In this document: positions 10,992 through 22,872 of the stretch, piece by piece
Position numbering within the stretch: position 1 is the stretch's first letter
Layout: each line of letters begins with the position of its first letter
Assembly: GCF_000002865.3 (NCBI RefSeq)
Contig: NW_001865071.1
Span: forward strand, 124,001 to 182,524
DNA from: Monosiga brevicollis MX1
Taxonomy: Eukaryota
Length of the DNA: 58,524 bases
Direction: 5' to 3'
Translations under genes and position numbers: made by a program
The notes under the pieces: generated by a model
Databases searched by the model: none
What the model saw: the letters and a program-made list of their open reading frames with translations, nothing else
Told to the model about the DNA's origin: nothing

Positions 10992-13847
10992 TTACCGCTT
11001 CCGGGACACAAGGGCCTTTGTCAAGTTGGCAGCAGGTTGTTCAACGAAGACGTAGAGACCCACGGCCAAAAAGTAGGAGGACGTTAAGAAGGCAACGTAA
11101 AAGATGTTGGGCTCAACGTGATCATAGTAGAAAAGCTGAACGCGTTGGTAGTACACGACGCGGATGAGGGTGGGATGAATCAAATAAGCGCCAAACGTCA
11201 GTTTGGCAAAGACTTCCCAGAACGGAAAGGTCAAGAGCCAGTTCATCAGCGAGCCGTGCCCGGTGGAGCACATCAGAACTAGACCGGCCACGGCCAGAGT
11301 AAATATGGGGCGGGAGACGCTGAGGTACGCAAATTGTTCGTTGGGGGTCCAGTTTGGGTTGGTCTTGTCGTAATTGAAGTTGGCCGGGAGGAACACGACC
11401 ACGCATATGAGCGCGACGCACACATACGTGATGACGTGGCCAACCCAGTTGCTCATGGCCTTCAGCTGCTCCATCTGGCGCGAGATGTAAAAAGCAGACA
11501 GCAGACCAATGCCGTACGCGGTCGCACGGGTGTACGGCTTGTCGTAAATGTAGTTTTGGCTCATGTTCTGACGATTGTTCATCTCAATGTTGTAGCGGAA
11601 GCTGATGACGGCAATGGAAACAATACCGCAGACAACCATCAACCCCGAGACCAGGTACGCAGCGACGCGAGACTTGGAGTAGAGCCAAATGATGAGCATG
11701 CCCAGGATGAAGTACTGAAAATCATCAGCCAGGTACCAAGCCCATGGCAGGCACTGTTTGTGAAAGTCGGTAGGCACAAAGTTGTTAATGTACACCAGGT
11801 GAGTCCACCAGTTATCCTTGCAGTTGTCCAGCTCTTCCAAAAAACTGCAAAGGAGTGATAGTGTCGGTACCACAACCAGAGTCAGGGCCCAAGTTGCCGA
11901 TATAGTAGACGGGGCACAGATGCACGTGGCAGGAAAGAGCGAATCAGCAGAGCACAGGAAGCGCTTACCGGTACCACAGAGGCCCCTTGCCCATGTATTT
12001 GTAAAGAGTGGCGTAGCAGCCAACGACAAAGGCCAGGAGTGGGGTGAGACGGAGGTAGCGCAGGACGACGCTGAGAAAGAATGGTGGGGCACGCGCGCCC
12101 TTGTCAATCTTCTTGACGAGCACGTAGGCGGTAAGCATGCCGCTGAGGAAGAAGAAAGTGTCCACTGCAAAAGCTGCGGCGGCCACAAATTGCATGGGCC
12201 AATAGGTGAGTTCATGGGTCAGAATCTCGGCGTTGGCAAACCCAACAAAGCCTGGGAGCTGAAAGTTGTAGGTGTGGCCCAAAATGATCATAAACATGGA
12301 GATGGCACGCAAGCCGTCCAAGCAACGCAGGGTGCGTTTGGGGCTCGTAGTTAGCAGCTCGGAAATGTTGCTACGGAAACTCCAGCACTTGAGGACAAAG
12401 GCCAAGGGGCCTTGTCGGCGCGCACCTGGAAGGAGAGTGCAATCAGAGAGAAGGGGTTCGGGAATGGTGAGACTTTCGTGTATGCCCATGGTAAAGAAAA
12501 ATACCTCCCCACCCTTGACGCCCCCCTTCGCCTCTGTCTCGAGCAGAGAGAAACAAAGGAAGCAGAAGGGAGGATGGTGAGAAAAGACGCACGGGAAGCA
12601 GGAAAAGACGCACGGGCGACTTGAATGGCCTTGGATCCATCCGAATTGATGGCCAAGGGCTGCTCGATGTTCTCGTAGACGCCATCCTTGGAGAAGAAGG
12701 CACGTTCTTCCTCACTGAGGTTGCTGAGCGTGCGGTGCTCAAGATAGCACTGGGAGCTGGCGAGGACCACGATCAAGAAGATGATGACCATCATTACGGC
12801 GGCGCCTGCGTCCACAACGGTGCGGGCATGGCTGCCGCAGTACACGAGGCCGAGGGGATGCTCAGACTCGGCGGCCAGTCGCTGGCGCACGGTGGAGGCA
12901 GGGCCACTGGCAAGAAGGGCGGGCGGACCCGATGCGTTCATGTCAAGAATGGCCTGGAGAGTCTCCTGCGTGCAGACCTCGGGCACGCACCAGCCCATGG
13001 TGATGTCATGGCCGAAGCCATCCCAAACGCAGTAGCGCATGGGCTGAAACTGCATGAGATAGGGGCTGATGGGTTCGCCATGCACGATCACTGAATGATT
13101 GCGCGTGCAAGCATCGTAGTCGCCCATCGAATTGAAGATGAGGCCCGAGCCAGCCAGGATGCTGTACCAATTCTAGTTTTCGGTGCGCACGCAGACATGA
13201 GGCGAGACAATCCATCAGGAAGGCAGGTGCGCCATGACACGAGGAGGTCAAGGGTCTTGCCATGCCTTACATCAGGCTTCTCGAGGGCATGCAAACAAGC
13301 TGAGACGTTGACCGAGTCTTCTGTGAGGCCAGTGGCCGGGGCATTGGCTAGATTCTGGACAAGCGAAGATGCGAACAACCATGAGCAAAAAGCGTTTAGC
13401 AAGGGGTGCAATCGAAGAAGGCATGGAGATTGGCATGACTTGTAGTCAGGGCACGAATCCAGCGGAGCAGGCCCTTCCCCTCACCGATCCATCAAAGTGT
13501 GTTTCGAGGAATCTGTAGGATCCGGAACGACGCGACGCAAGGACGGAAAAGAAGAGGCGGGGGGAGGAAGGGGACAACGGTCAGTCACAACAGCCATCGC
13601 ACGTCAACCGCCGTCATGAACACCTTTTCCTTTGCCATACAAACGTATGCAACACGCCCGCACGGGGAAGGAGAAACGAACATTCGCCCGCCTGTTCCCC
13701 CTCACCAATCACCCCCACCCACACGTACCGAGCCTCATCAGCCGCGGCTGCCGTTTGACCCAACACGGCCAACACCCCAAGCGCAAGCCCCAGCAGCCCG
13801 ATCGCACGATGACGGCTGCTCCAGATTTTCGTACGTGTGCCCTCCAT
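10992..13847 (-). CDS. NRF-6/OACYL-like membrane O-acyltransferase (Acyl_transf_3) with a Cys-containing extracellular N-terminal domain; multi-exon, start tentative
   Basis: Motifs LDGLRAISMFMIILGH, AVDTFFFLSG, RYLRLTP, YINNF, CLPWAWYLADDFQ and YDKPYTRATAY, with many transmembrane segments. A signal-peptide exon MEGTR...GLLGLALGVLAVLGQTAAA lies at about 13727-13847. Confidence 0.88.
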
Positions 13848-14086
13848 GATGACTGACGCCTGTGAAACTGTGACGCTGGTCACACTATACACCATTTGCA
13901 CCGGCGGCATGCTTGGGTTTGTGTAGAAGATATAGTAGTTTTTGCAGTTTTGTTACGGGATGGAACACTAGTTTGTGATTGATCATAAGCTGTTAGTGAA
14001 GATAATACAAGACAAACACACACACATACACACGAAGGAATGTTAAAGTGTAATTTTTGTCTTACTTATGTATACTCTAAAAGAAG

Positions 14087-14114
14087 ACACACACACACAC
14101 ACACACACACACAC
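14087..14114. repeat. (AC)n microsatellite
   Basis: Directly visible. Confidence 0.92.
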
Positions 14115-14396
14115 AACAAAACGTACATGTATACAACAGAGGAAATAATGTCAGATAATTTTAGCGGCTGGGGCGGACGGGCGGAACTGACGACGGACGT
14201 GATGCCCGCCAGCGGGAGGAGCAGCCCCTCGGTGTTGTGATTGATAGGGAGGAGCTCTGATGGTTTGAGGCGGGTGGAGGAGGCGGTGTGGGGGAGTGCC
14301 CACTGATGGTTGGGTTGGCGCTGTGCTTGGGGGGATTGAGTGGGGCAGGGGTTGTGGTCTTGAGGGGCTGGACCGGACAGACGGTAACGGGTGAGG

Positions 14397-16473
14397 ATGC
14401 GGCGCGGGGTGTGGGCGTTGAGCTTGGCCCTGGTGGGGCTCGTGCTGGTGTCCCTGGTGGTGCAGCAGCAGCGGCAGCAAGCCAATTGGTCGGTGGCCAC
14501 TGATCCGTGGTACAGGCGTGCCTTTGCTTGGTCGTCTTCCCTGGTCCAGCAAGCCGAGCAGACTCAGCAAGCCCAGCAGGCAGTACAGGTGGAGCTGGCT
14601 CAACCGGCCCACAGCAGCGCCCAACGAAAGAATGTGGCCACGCCAATAACCAGCGCGGCTGCAACCACGCATACCACGACGGCCAAGCCTGCACCAACAA
14701 CAACAGCATCTGCGGCAGCAACCGTGGTCCCGCCAACTACCGTGCGGACACAACGCCATACACCGCCGTCAGCCCGGCCCCAGGCGCGATTGCCCGAGCC
14801 CACAAAACACATGGCACCGCCCACTGCATCCGCGCCGCTGCCGCTGCCGCGCCGCCGCACACTGCCAGGCATGTCCAGGGGTGATCCCATGGTACCCTCT
14901 ACGTGGCGGCACCAGGTTGAGCTGCAGAGCAGCTACCGAAAGTTTGCGCTCGAGGACGTCGACCTACCCATGACCATCAATTTTGCAGCCACCCATCGGC
15001 TCTTCAACCCCACCTTTGTGGTCACGCCCTCGGCCCCAGACGGCATGCTCGAGCTTCGCCTCTTTGCTCGCTTTCTGGGCAACAATGGCAGCAACACCTT
15101 TCAACGCTGTCCGCTCTACGATCTTCATTCCTCCACCCCATGCCCACGCCAGGATTTAAACGGCATGTCCTTCATCACCACCTGTCGCCTCGATGCCGAG
15201 CTCCGCTGCATGTACGGACCGGATGAACCTCAAATCCCCGCCGCTAGCCCTGCTGCCCGTGCCTTGGCCCACCTCACATGCTCGGTGTTGTCCTTAGTGA
15301 ATCACTCTCCGTTCTTCCCTATAATCTCTCCTGGAGCTTTGCCCACTACCCAAAATGGAAAATCTACGGACCCGAAGATCAGCGCAGCTTTGTCGTCGGA
15401 GACCGCGCTTTTCTCACTTACAATGCCCCGCCCCGGAATCCCAAACCACCGCCCTTGGATGTCCGACGGTTGGTCCGAGTCACAGAACTATCCGTCTGCT
15501 CGACACTAGCACTCGGTCACCCATTATGCAGAGAACGCTCTTCCTCCCTGGGCCGGCTTTGCGCCTACTTCCCACTCGCAAACTTGTTCGGTCTTGACTG
15601 TCTTCTGGCTCACTACCAAACATTCTTGCCTCGTGTCTTTGTCACTTCTTAGGATCATGAAGGTCCAGCAGGTGTACCCAAGATTACTCGAGCCGGTAGA
15701 CCTTGTGTACAGCGGAACCACCAAAACGGAGAAGAACTGGTCGCCCCTGCGCTTCGACACCAAGGCCAATGAAATGCTCTTCAGCCGCTTCATCGAGCCG
15801 CACCAGGTACCCAAGCAACCCAATCAGATGCACCTCGCCCGCTCACTGCCCGCCTGATGCTGAGACCAGCTCATCCTCTTGTCATTGGCTGCACTTTTGC
15901 ATGCAGGTCATGGGCTGCCAGCTTCAAACTGGAGTATGCCACGAGGTGGCTACCTTCGAGAGTCAGCACATCCTTGCAGACGTCAAGCGTGCTGTCAAAA
16001 TTGAGGTTGGTAGACCCAAGCTGTTCACCGCCATCCGTCCACAGGCTCGTGCGGCTCCCACATTCATGCCACATGCGCGCTGGAAACCCGGTTTGTTTGT
16101 TTTTTCTCTTTTTATTTTGTTTTTCTTTTTCACGCTTTTTCCTCCTTGGCAGAGCTTTCACCTGGCCACCAACACGGTGCCTCTCTCGCCTACTGAACAC
16201 GTTGGCATCTTGCACGGCCGCACTTCTTCCTTTGGCTACTATGTCCCCCTCCCCTATATTGTGGAAGTCGTGCCGCCGTTTCGTGTCTTGGGGATGGCCC
16301 GGCAAAAACTTCGGCTACCCCAGGAGAGCGACTCATCCCGTGTTTACATGCACTCTCTGTTCCAACTCAACGCCACACACTTGATTTTGGGCTACAATGT
16401 GGGTGATCAAGAGGTCATCATGACCGTTCTTCCCACCTCGACTCTAACAAAGCACATCACTCGATTTGCGTAA
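14397..16473 (+). CDS. Type II membrane protein with a Thr/Pro stem and a 5-bladed-propeller glyco-enzyme domain (beta-1,2-mannosyltransferase GT91/GH130-like); multi-exon
   Basis: N-terminal anchor WALSLALVGLVLVSLVV, a mucin-like stem, then motifs LFNPT, GPEDQR and EKNWSPL resembling GPEDPR and EKNWxPF of BMT-like proteins. Confidence 0.6.
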
Positions 16474-16700
16474 TCCTATACAGGGCTCATTCCAATGTGC
16501 CAAATATGCTGTAAAGCAAGCTAAAGTAAATTGAAGTCAAAGCGATTCCGGTCCACTTCTGCTAAGAAGCACATGGTACTGCCGGCCACTTTCACTGCAT
16601 TGCCTTTGTTCATTCTGGTCGCCAAGGGAGAGCCCGCAGCGTGCCAGGTGGGGGGCAAGCAAGCAAAAACACTAGCAAGTGGAGAAGGGAGCATGTTGGC

Positions 16701-19700
16701 TCACGCGGCCAAGTCATCGTCGTCATTCAATGAAACCACCGGGTAGAAATTCTTGTCTTTGAGAACGTAAACGCTTCCGGCATATGTCACTAATGAGGGC
16801 GTCATGCCTGTGAGGCCCGGCTTTCAAGGTATGCAGCCAGCGGACCTCAAGCCCAACCGCCAACTGTGCACAACGCTGCTTACGTGATTGAGGTGACGTA
16901 TAGGCAGCACCAATAACGGTGGTGGTGTTCGTTCGAATCAGCGCGCCATGACCGACATAAAACGGCGTGGGATAAATGGCTAACTCAGCAACATGACCGG
17001 GGCAACATGCAGCATGAACAAGGCGAATCCAGCAAAAGCACTGACGGCAAGCATATATGGGTTATGGACACATGACATACGCGCAACCGTGCTTGCTGCA
17101 GGTGGGTTCCAGGTAGAGGAGAGGAAGAATGTGCCACCCTCATAGCTAGAACGGTAAAAGTACACGCGTCCAATGTTGCCATTCTCGCCTACATCGGCAC
17201 CGTGAATGTGTAAGCTAGGCTATCACCCACGTTGCCAACAGTCATGCTATCGAAAAAAGAAAAGAGAGACAGAAGACAGAGACAGAGGGAGAGCGAACCA
17301 TGGGCTGAAACGACCAGCCAGGTCTCGCTCATAGCCACATTGCTCCCAAACAAGCCCGAGCTGGTCACGGTGGGCGACGTTATCTGTGATCGTACAACGA
17401 GCAGTCACCAAGTGAAAAATGAGCTCCGTAGCTGCCGTAGAGGCTTCTACATGCCTGTGCTTGCCAGTGAACGAGCCTCAGCAAATCCACACCTCGGTAT
17501 ATGTGGTCGTGCTCATTGTTGCCGTCTCCGGGTTGATGTGATACACGTAGACGATGCCTGAATAGGTCACCGACTCCTGCGACAAAGTGGCCGTAGCAGG
17601 GTGACAGTTGGATAAAGTGTGCAGGCATGAAAGCCACCATGGGCCTGTGCCCCGTTTGACCTGACTGAACGTACCGCATACGCTTGCGGTGCGCTGATGA
17701 CGAGGACACGGGCGTTTGGAGAGAGCGCGACTGCATAGCCAAAAAAGCAGCTTCTGGAAACGGGTAGCAGAGGCAACAGCAATTGGGTAAGGCTTCCGCC
17801 AGTGGTGGCAAAAGGCATGCAACCGGTTCAGTGAAGGCGATATCCCCTCCCAAACCCCGACCCATGGATGATACGCAATTGCTTGCAGTCCCAGTAACTC
17901 ACGAGTAGGAAGTAGTGCAGGGTGAGGGGATTGTGTACAAGAAGTTGACTACATTGTTTCGCACTGCCCAAAGATAAGCAATGCCATTGTTGGTCTGTGA
18001 CACACGATGGCCACGAATTCAAAGATGAGCGTGCATTGCCAAGTTTGGTGTCACAGACATTCATTGAGCCGACAACAAAACAGGCACCGCCTAATGGCCA
18101 ACCTGATATGTATCGGCGTACGATGTTCCCGCCGCGATAAAGTTTTTGGCCGCACTGAACCCGCGGTTGATAATGAGCGACCCGCCCGCAGTTCCGAGAT
18201 ATTCAGATGACTGCTCAAGGGCAAACACAGCAAGTTGTCGGTGTGGAGCATGAGCATAGGCATCATCAAGCGTAAGCCGCCGTTCCTCAACACTTCCTGA
18301 GTCACCACACCAACAAATATTATACACGCAATGGGTGCATGGACAGTCTTACATCGATGGTCCCGGGTTCAGAGCGCCCAATTGCAGTAAAAGTCAGTGA
18401 TTGGCCAGTGAGGGCGTACGAGTAGACGTTGATGGTGCTGCACAAACATCAAGAATCAGTGTCAGGTCGATGGCTGGCTGTTGCGCAACAAGCACGCAGC
18501 AACTCTGACTCGCGGTACGCTCACTGACCCGCCATATGAAGTGATTCTGTCGTTGGAGCAAAGTATGGTCAGAAGATGGTTGGCCAGGAATTTGACACCG
18601 TGACCACAACGCGCGTTGGCAATGGGGGAAACTCCACCCACCACGCTGACGGGCGTCGTCCTTTCAAAGTTTCAGAGGAAAGGTGAGACATCAAGCAAGC
18701 TGATTCAACTTGGCAGTTTATCTTCCTGCACAGGCATGAGGAGAGACATACTGAATCTCGCCAGTTTTCTTCGAGTAAGCAAAAATGTAAACGCGGCCCA
18801 CATAAGCCTCCCTCAATGACACGCCGTAATCACCGGGAGCGCCCACGGCGATGTATTTATCATTCATGTCCACGGCCGTGCCAAAGTATGCGTTTGTGTG
18901 TGGAGTGGTGTGGACACTGCCCCCACTTGCCAAGCGCAGATCTTGTATCCACGTCACCTTGGCGGTTTTCTCATTGATGTGAAACATCTGGTGGCAATGT
19001 TAAGCCAAAGGCAACAGCTTGAATGAGGTTCTAAAGCGGGGCCGCGGGGTATGCTGGGTTCATCGCGAAAGACTTATGGGTCTCGGACGCACCGAGACTT
19101 GGCCGCGATAAGTGCCCGTTTGAGCGTAGGTCCCACATGCCATAAAGCTGCCGTGAGTTGCGCACTGCGCAGCTAATAAGACACGCCCGGTATTATGTGT
19201 GACCATTGAGGCTTGTTATTACAAGTGCCCTATGCCATGCGACGCACCCCCCATCGGCTTTGCCAAGACGTACCAAAGTATCCGCTGGCAACGGGCGTGT
19301 GGCTGGCGGCCCATCCCAGGCGTTGGGTCACAGGGATAAGCTTGGGGAAAGTCTCTTTGAAGTCATTGATGCTATCCTCTTGGGTGCTAATGTGTGTCTG
19401 CAAATGCGGTCCAGAGGTGGGGTCTGTATTCAGCGAGCTGAAGCAGAGAACACAGTGTCCTTGCAAAGCCTGCCCTTACCGAAAGCGTCTTGAGCTGAGC
19501 GCCCGAGAAAATGTCCATTTCGGCCACGCGCGACTCTTGCTACGGGGCGAGACAGGTGCAACTTAATTTGTAAGGGTACAAAGACCAAGGCGCAGTCCAC
19601 CAGCTGTGACTGGTTGCGCTACTTTTGCGCGTTCATATCGGAGGCCATGCACAACAAACCTGAGAGACGGAGCGCAGGAGGCTCTGCGCTTGACCCAGAA

Positions 19701-21514
19701 TGGCAGACGGATGAGTATCAATGTTGGACAAACGCAGGTCAGCCAGAGAATCTTCTGCCAGCTCCAATTGCTGATCCAAAAGTGCCTCGATCGAGTCCAG
19801 TTGAGCTTCCATTACACCATCAAAGCCGCCTTGAGCCGCAAGCTGTGACTCCAAACGGCTGATGCTTGGGTTTTGGCCCACCAAGATGGCACTGAGGCTG
19901 GATTCCAAGGAAGCGGCCAAGGCCTCAGCGCTAGTGGAGAGGCTTGATGCTGCCTATGAAGCAGAACAGAGGCCGCCGCGGTTGGTGAGGGCAAGGCGCT
20001 ACACAATCCCTCAAGCCCCGTCAACAGGCAAGGCCGGGTTGGTACCTCGACGAGCTGCTCAAGTGGAGCATCACTGTTCGTCTCCAGCTGGCTGAGCTTG
20101 GTTGCCAGCGCTTCGGCCTCGGTGTTGACCTCGAGACTCAGAGCTGTGCGCTCTGCTTCCAAAACTTGGAGGGCTGCATCGGCAGCACTGACGTCTGCAC
20201 CCAGGGTGAGGACCAGAGCATCCACCTCGGTCGTGGCTTTAGCCTCAAGAGATTCGATCTGGCTGGCGACGAGCTGCAACTGGACGTCGACTTGTGAAGC
20301 CTCCTGTGAAGCTTGCTGAGAGATCTGGACGATATCCGTGTTCAGCAGGCTTGTTTCCTGAGATTGCTTGCCAGTTAACGTTTCAAAGCTGCTGCTTACG
20401 CTCTCAAATTCAGCTTTGAGGCTAGCAATGTGCACTAATAGATTTGCCACCATCTACATTTGTTGCGGATATTCAACAAACCTTAAGAGTGAGCAGGGGT
20501 CGGGTAATGTGTGCGGTTATATTCAACCGTGATTGTGATGATGGGATGTGGCCAAGTGCATACAATCACCCGATAACAAAAGAGGTGGGCGCGAACATGG
20601 CACTCACGTCAGCAGCAATATCAACGTTCATGACGGCTTCACCGGCACGGAGGGTGATGCCAGAGTTGGATTGCAATGTGACCGCTTGACTGGACACTCG
20701 AATCCGCTTGTTGGCGTTATCACCAACCATTTCCACGACGTTGCCCGTCAGGGTCGTGTTGGCAGTTGCGGGACTGCCGATGGCCACGAGGTTGCCAGCT
20801 GCCACCACGTTGCCACGAACATCACCAATAAAACTGCCACCCGTGCCTGTGGCGGTCGACCCCAGGGAAAAGCTTTGGGCAGTGAGAGCTATGCGAGCGG
20901 CCTCGACATTGGCCAGATCTGAGACAGTCAGCGTCAGGTTGCCATCGGTTCGTAGAGATAGGTCCTTGGGAGTGTTTAAAATGATGCTGGTGTTGCCTGC
21001 CAAAGAGATGCCATCGGGGTGGCTGCTGCTCAGCGAGATGGCGGTCTCCGCTTCTAGATGAGCAGAGCCTCCAGAAAGGTGAATGCCCGTGGCAGTGCTG
21101 CCGATCTGGACAGAATCGCGAGCTTCAGCAGCAAGTCTGCCCCTCAAATCAAATGTCGTGGCTTCCCCAGCTACAGATTCCGTGGTCAGTTGCAAGAGTG
21201 TGCCGGCAGTTTGCCACTATGACCGAGAAGCATGATTTGGCACAAGCCAGCAAGTTTTGAACGAGAGGGTGAACGAAAGCTAGCATCAGCTGAGAAGGTA
21301 AGCCGTTGAGGACTTGGCTCTTATGGACGTCAGCTTTTCGGATGCGACTGACCTGCATGGCTGAGGCGACCCAGTGCAGGTCATCGCCTTGAGTATAGAC
21401 GAGGGGGCGTTGGGCAGCCGATGCATTGAGCTGGGCATCAGTCAGGGCGCTAGCAAGCGCTGCGCCCACGAGCACGACAACCAGCCCATGAAGCAACATC
21501 TTGATGCTGTACAT
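16701..21514 (-). CDS. Large secreted protein with a beta-strand repeat region, a coiled coil and a C-terminal FG-GAP (integrin-alpha-type) beta-propeller; multi-exon, could be two genes
   Basis: Signal peptide MLLHGLVVVLVGAALASA and heptad-rich exons at 19660-20450. FG-GAP blades include YFGTAVDMNDKYIAVGAP...GRVYIF, FGYAVALSPNARVLVISAP...GIVYVY, LFGSNVAMS...GRVYFY and AGSVYVL. The stop follows DDDDLAA. Confidence 0.6.
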
Positions 21515-21840
21515 GTACTTGCACTCCCTGCACGTGCCGGCGACAATGGAGGGAGGCACGATGGCCAGATTGTCAGTGCCCGCCTCAAAAGCCTGCGGCA
21601 AGGCGCTGTCAAGAATTGATGGGGTCACTGGCACTGACCTTGATCATGTGAGTCAGTGGGGGCGCGGAAGCAACGGGACAGGGAAGAGGAAGTGAGGGTG
21701 CTGGGTTAGGGACTGCAACAAGGAGACCAAGAGATGTGTGTACGGTCGTCGGAGGGATGGCCCTCTCTCAGACCAAAATAAAATCTCGATCCACGTACGC
21801 CCTCTTCCTCCGGTTGTGCGCTACCACACGCACTTTCCTC

Positions 21841-21842
<2 letters not shown>

Positions 21843-21914
<72 letters not shown>
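21843..21914. repeat. (TG)n microsatellite, about 36 units
   Basis: Directly visible. Confidence 0.97.
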
Positions 21915-21915
<1 letters not shown>

Positions 21916-22312
21916 TTGTGGTGCGGGATGTCACCAAGGTGTGGTGCGGGCTGCCATTTCAAACTGCGGACATGTGCCAGAGGGCGCATGGGATACTTTC
22001 AGGTGTGGTAATGTCAAGCCTGCTAAGCTGTGGGACTGACATGCAAGTGTGACCGAGCGCTGACCGAAATCACAACTCGCCGGGCACAACTTGCCGCAAT
22101 ATTGTCAGCATGAATTGTCAGCGTCCGTATCTGACATCCAATGTCAGCACGGGTTGGCCGGGCGTAGCAGCGGGATCAAGCCTGCCGCAGGCGATGGTGT
22201 CAAGACGGGTGTATTGGACATTCGATGTATAATTTTGGACCACCCCAAGGCAAAACACAGCAGGAGCACAGGGTAAACCTGCTTAAACACAAGACCAAAT
22301 CAGACCAGCTGC

Positions 22313-22838
22313 CTAGTCCCGAACACCCAGCCGTTGGCGCACATAGGCGTTGTTGTGGGCCGCCAGCTTGTCTCGTAGAGCCGCCACCTTTTCAAAGGCT
22401 TGTTCAGGTGTCAAGCCTTCCGCCTGAATGCTGCGCACTTGGTCTACGAATGTTGAGAGCAACTGCTCCCCCTCTCGCTGCTCCAGCTTGGCCTTTTTGT
22501 CTGGCGTTGACCCAAGTTCGCCCGTGTTTTCAAAGTCTTCCAGCTCAGCTGCCTTGCGTTTGGCGTCCTGCACGTCCGTGGGTCGTGAGCCAATGAATGA
22601 AAAAACCTCGGATTTCCAACGCCGCCGTGTGCAGAGGAGCCATGGACTCGGGGCGGGCCATGTATGCCCTTTCATACCTCAATCACAGCGGCTGGAAAGT
22701 GCACCATTTCAGCCACATGAATGCCAAAAGATTGATCACAGACACCTAGAAGCCACACACACACACACACACGTGCCAGTGAATCGCGTGAAAAATGTAC
22801 TTCTCTTGCTCGGCTCGCACACAGGCCCAATCTCAAAC

Positions 22839-22872
<34 letters not shown>

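Noticed and set aside
11334..13094. Long plus-strand ORFs opposite the acyltransferase (similar cases opposite other genes)
   Set aside because: They are antisense shadows of GC-rich coding exons.
21736..22052. ORFs rich in Cys-Val or His-Thr (also near 5700, 14100, 27500, 48300 and 56900)
   Set aside because: They are translations of (GT/CA)n microsatellites.
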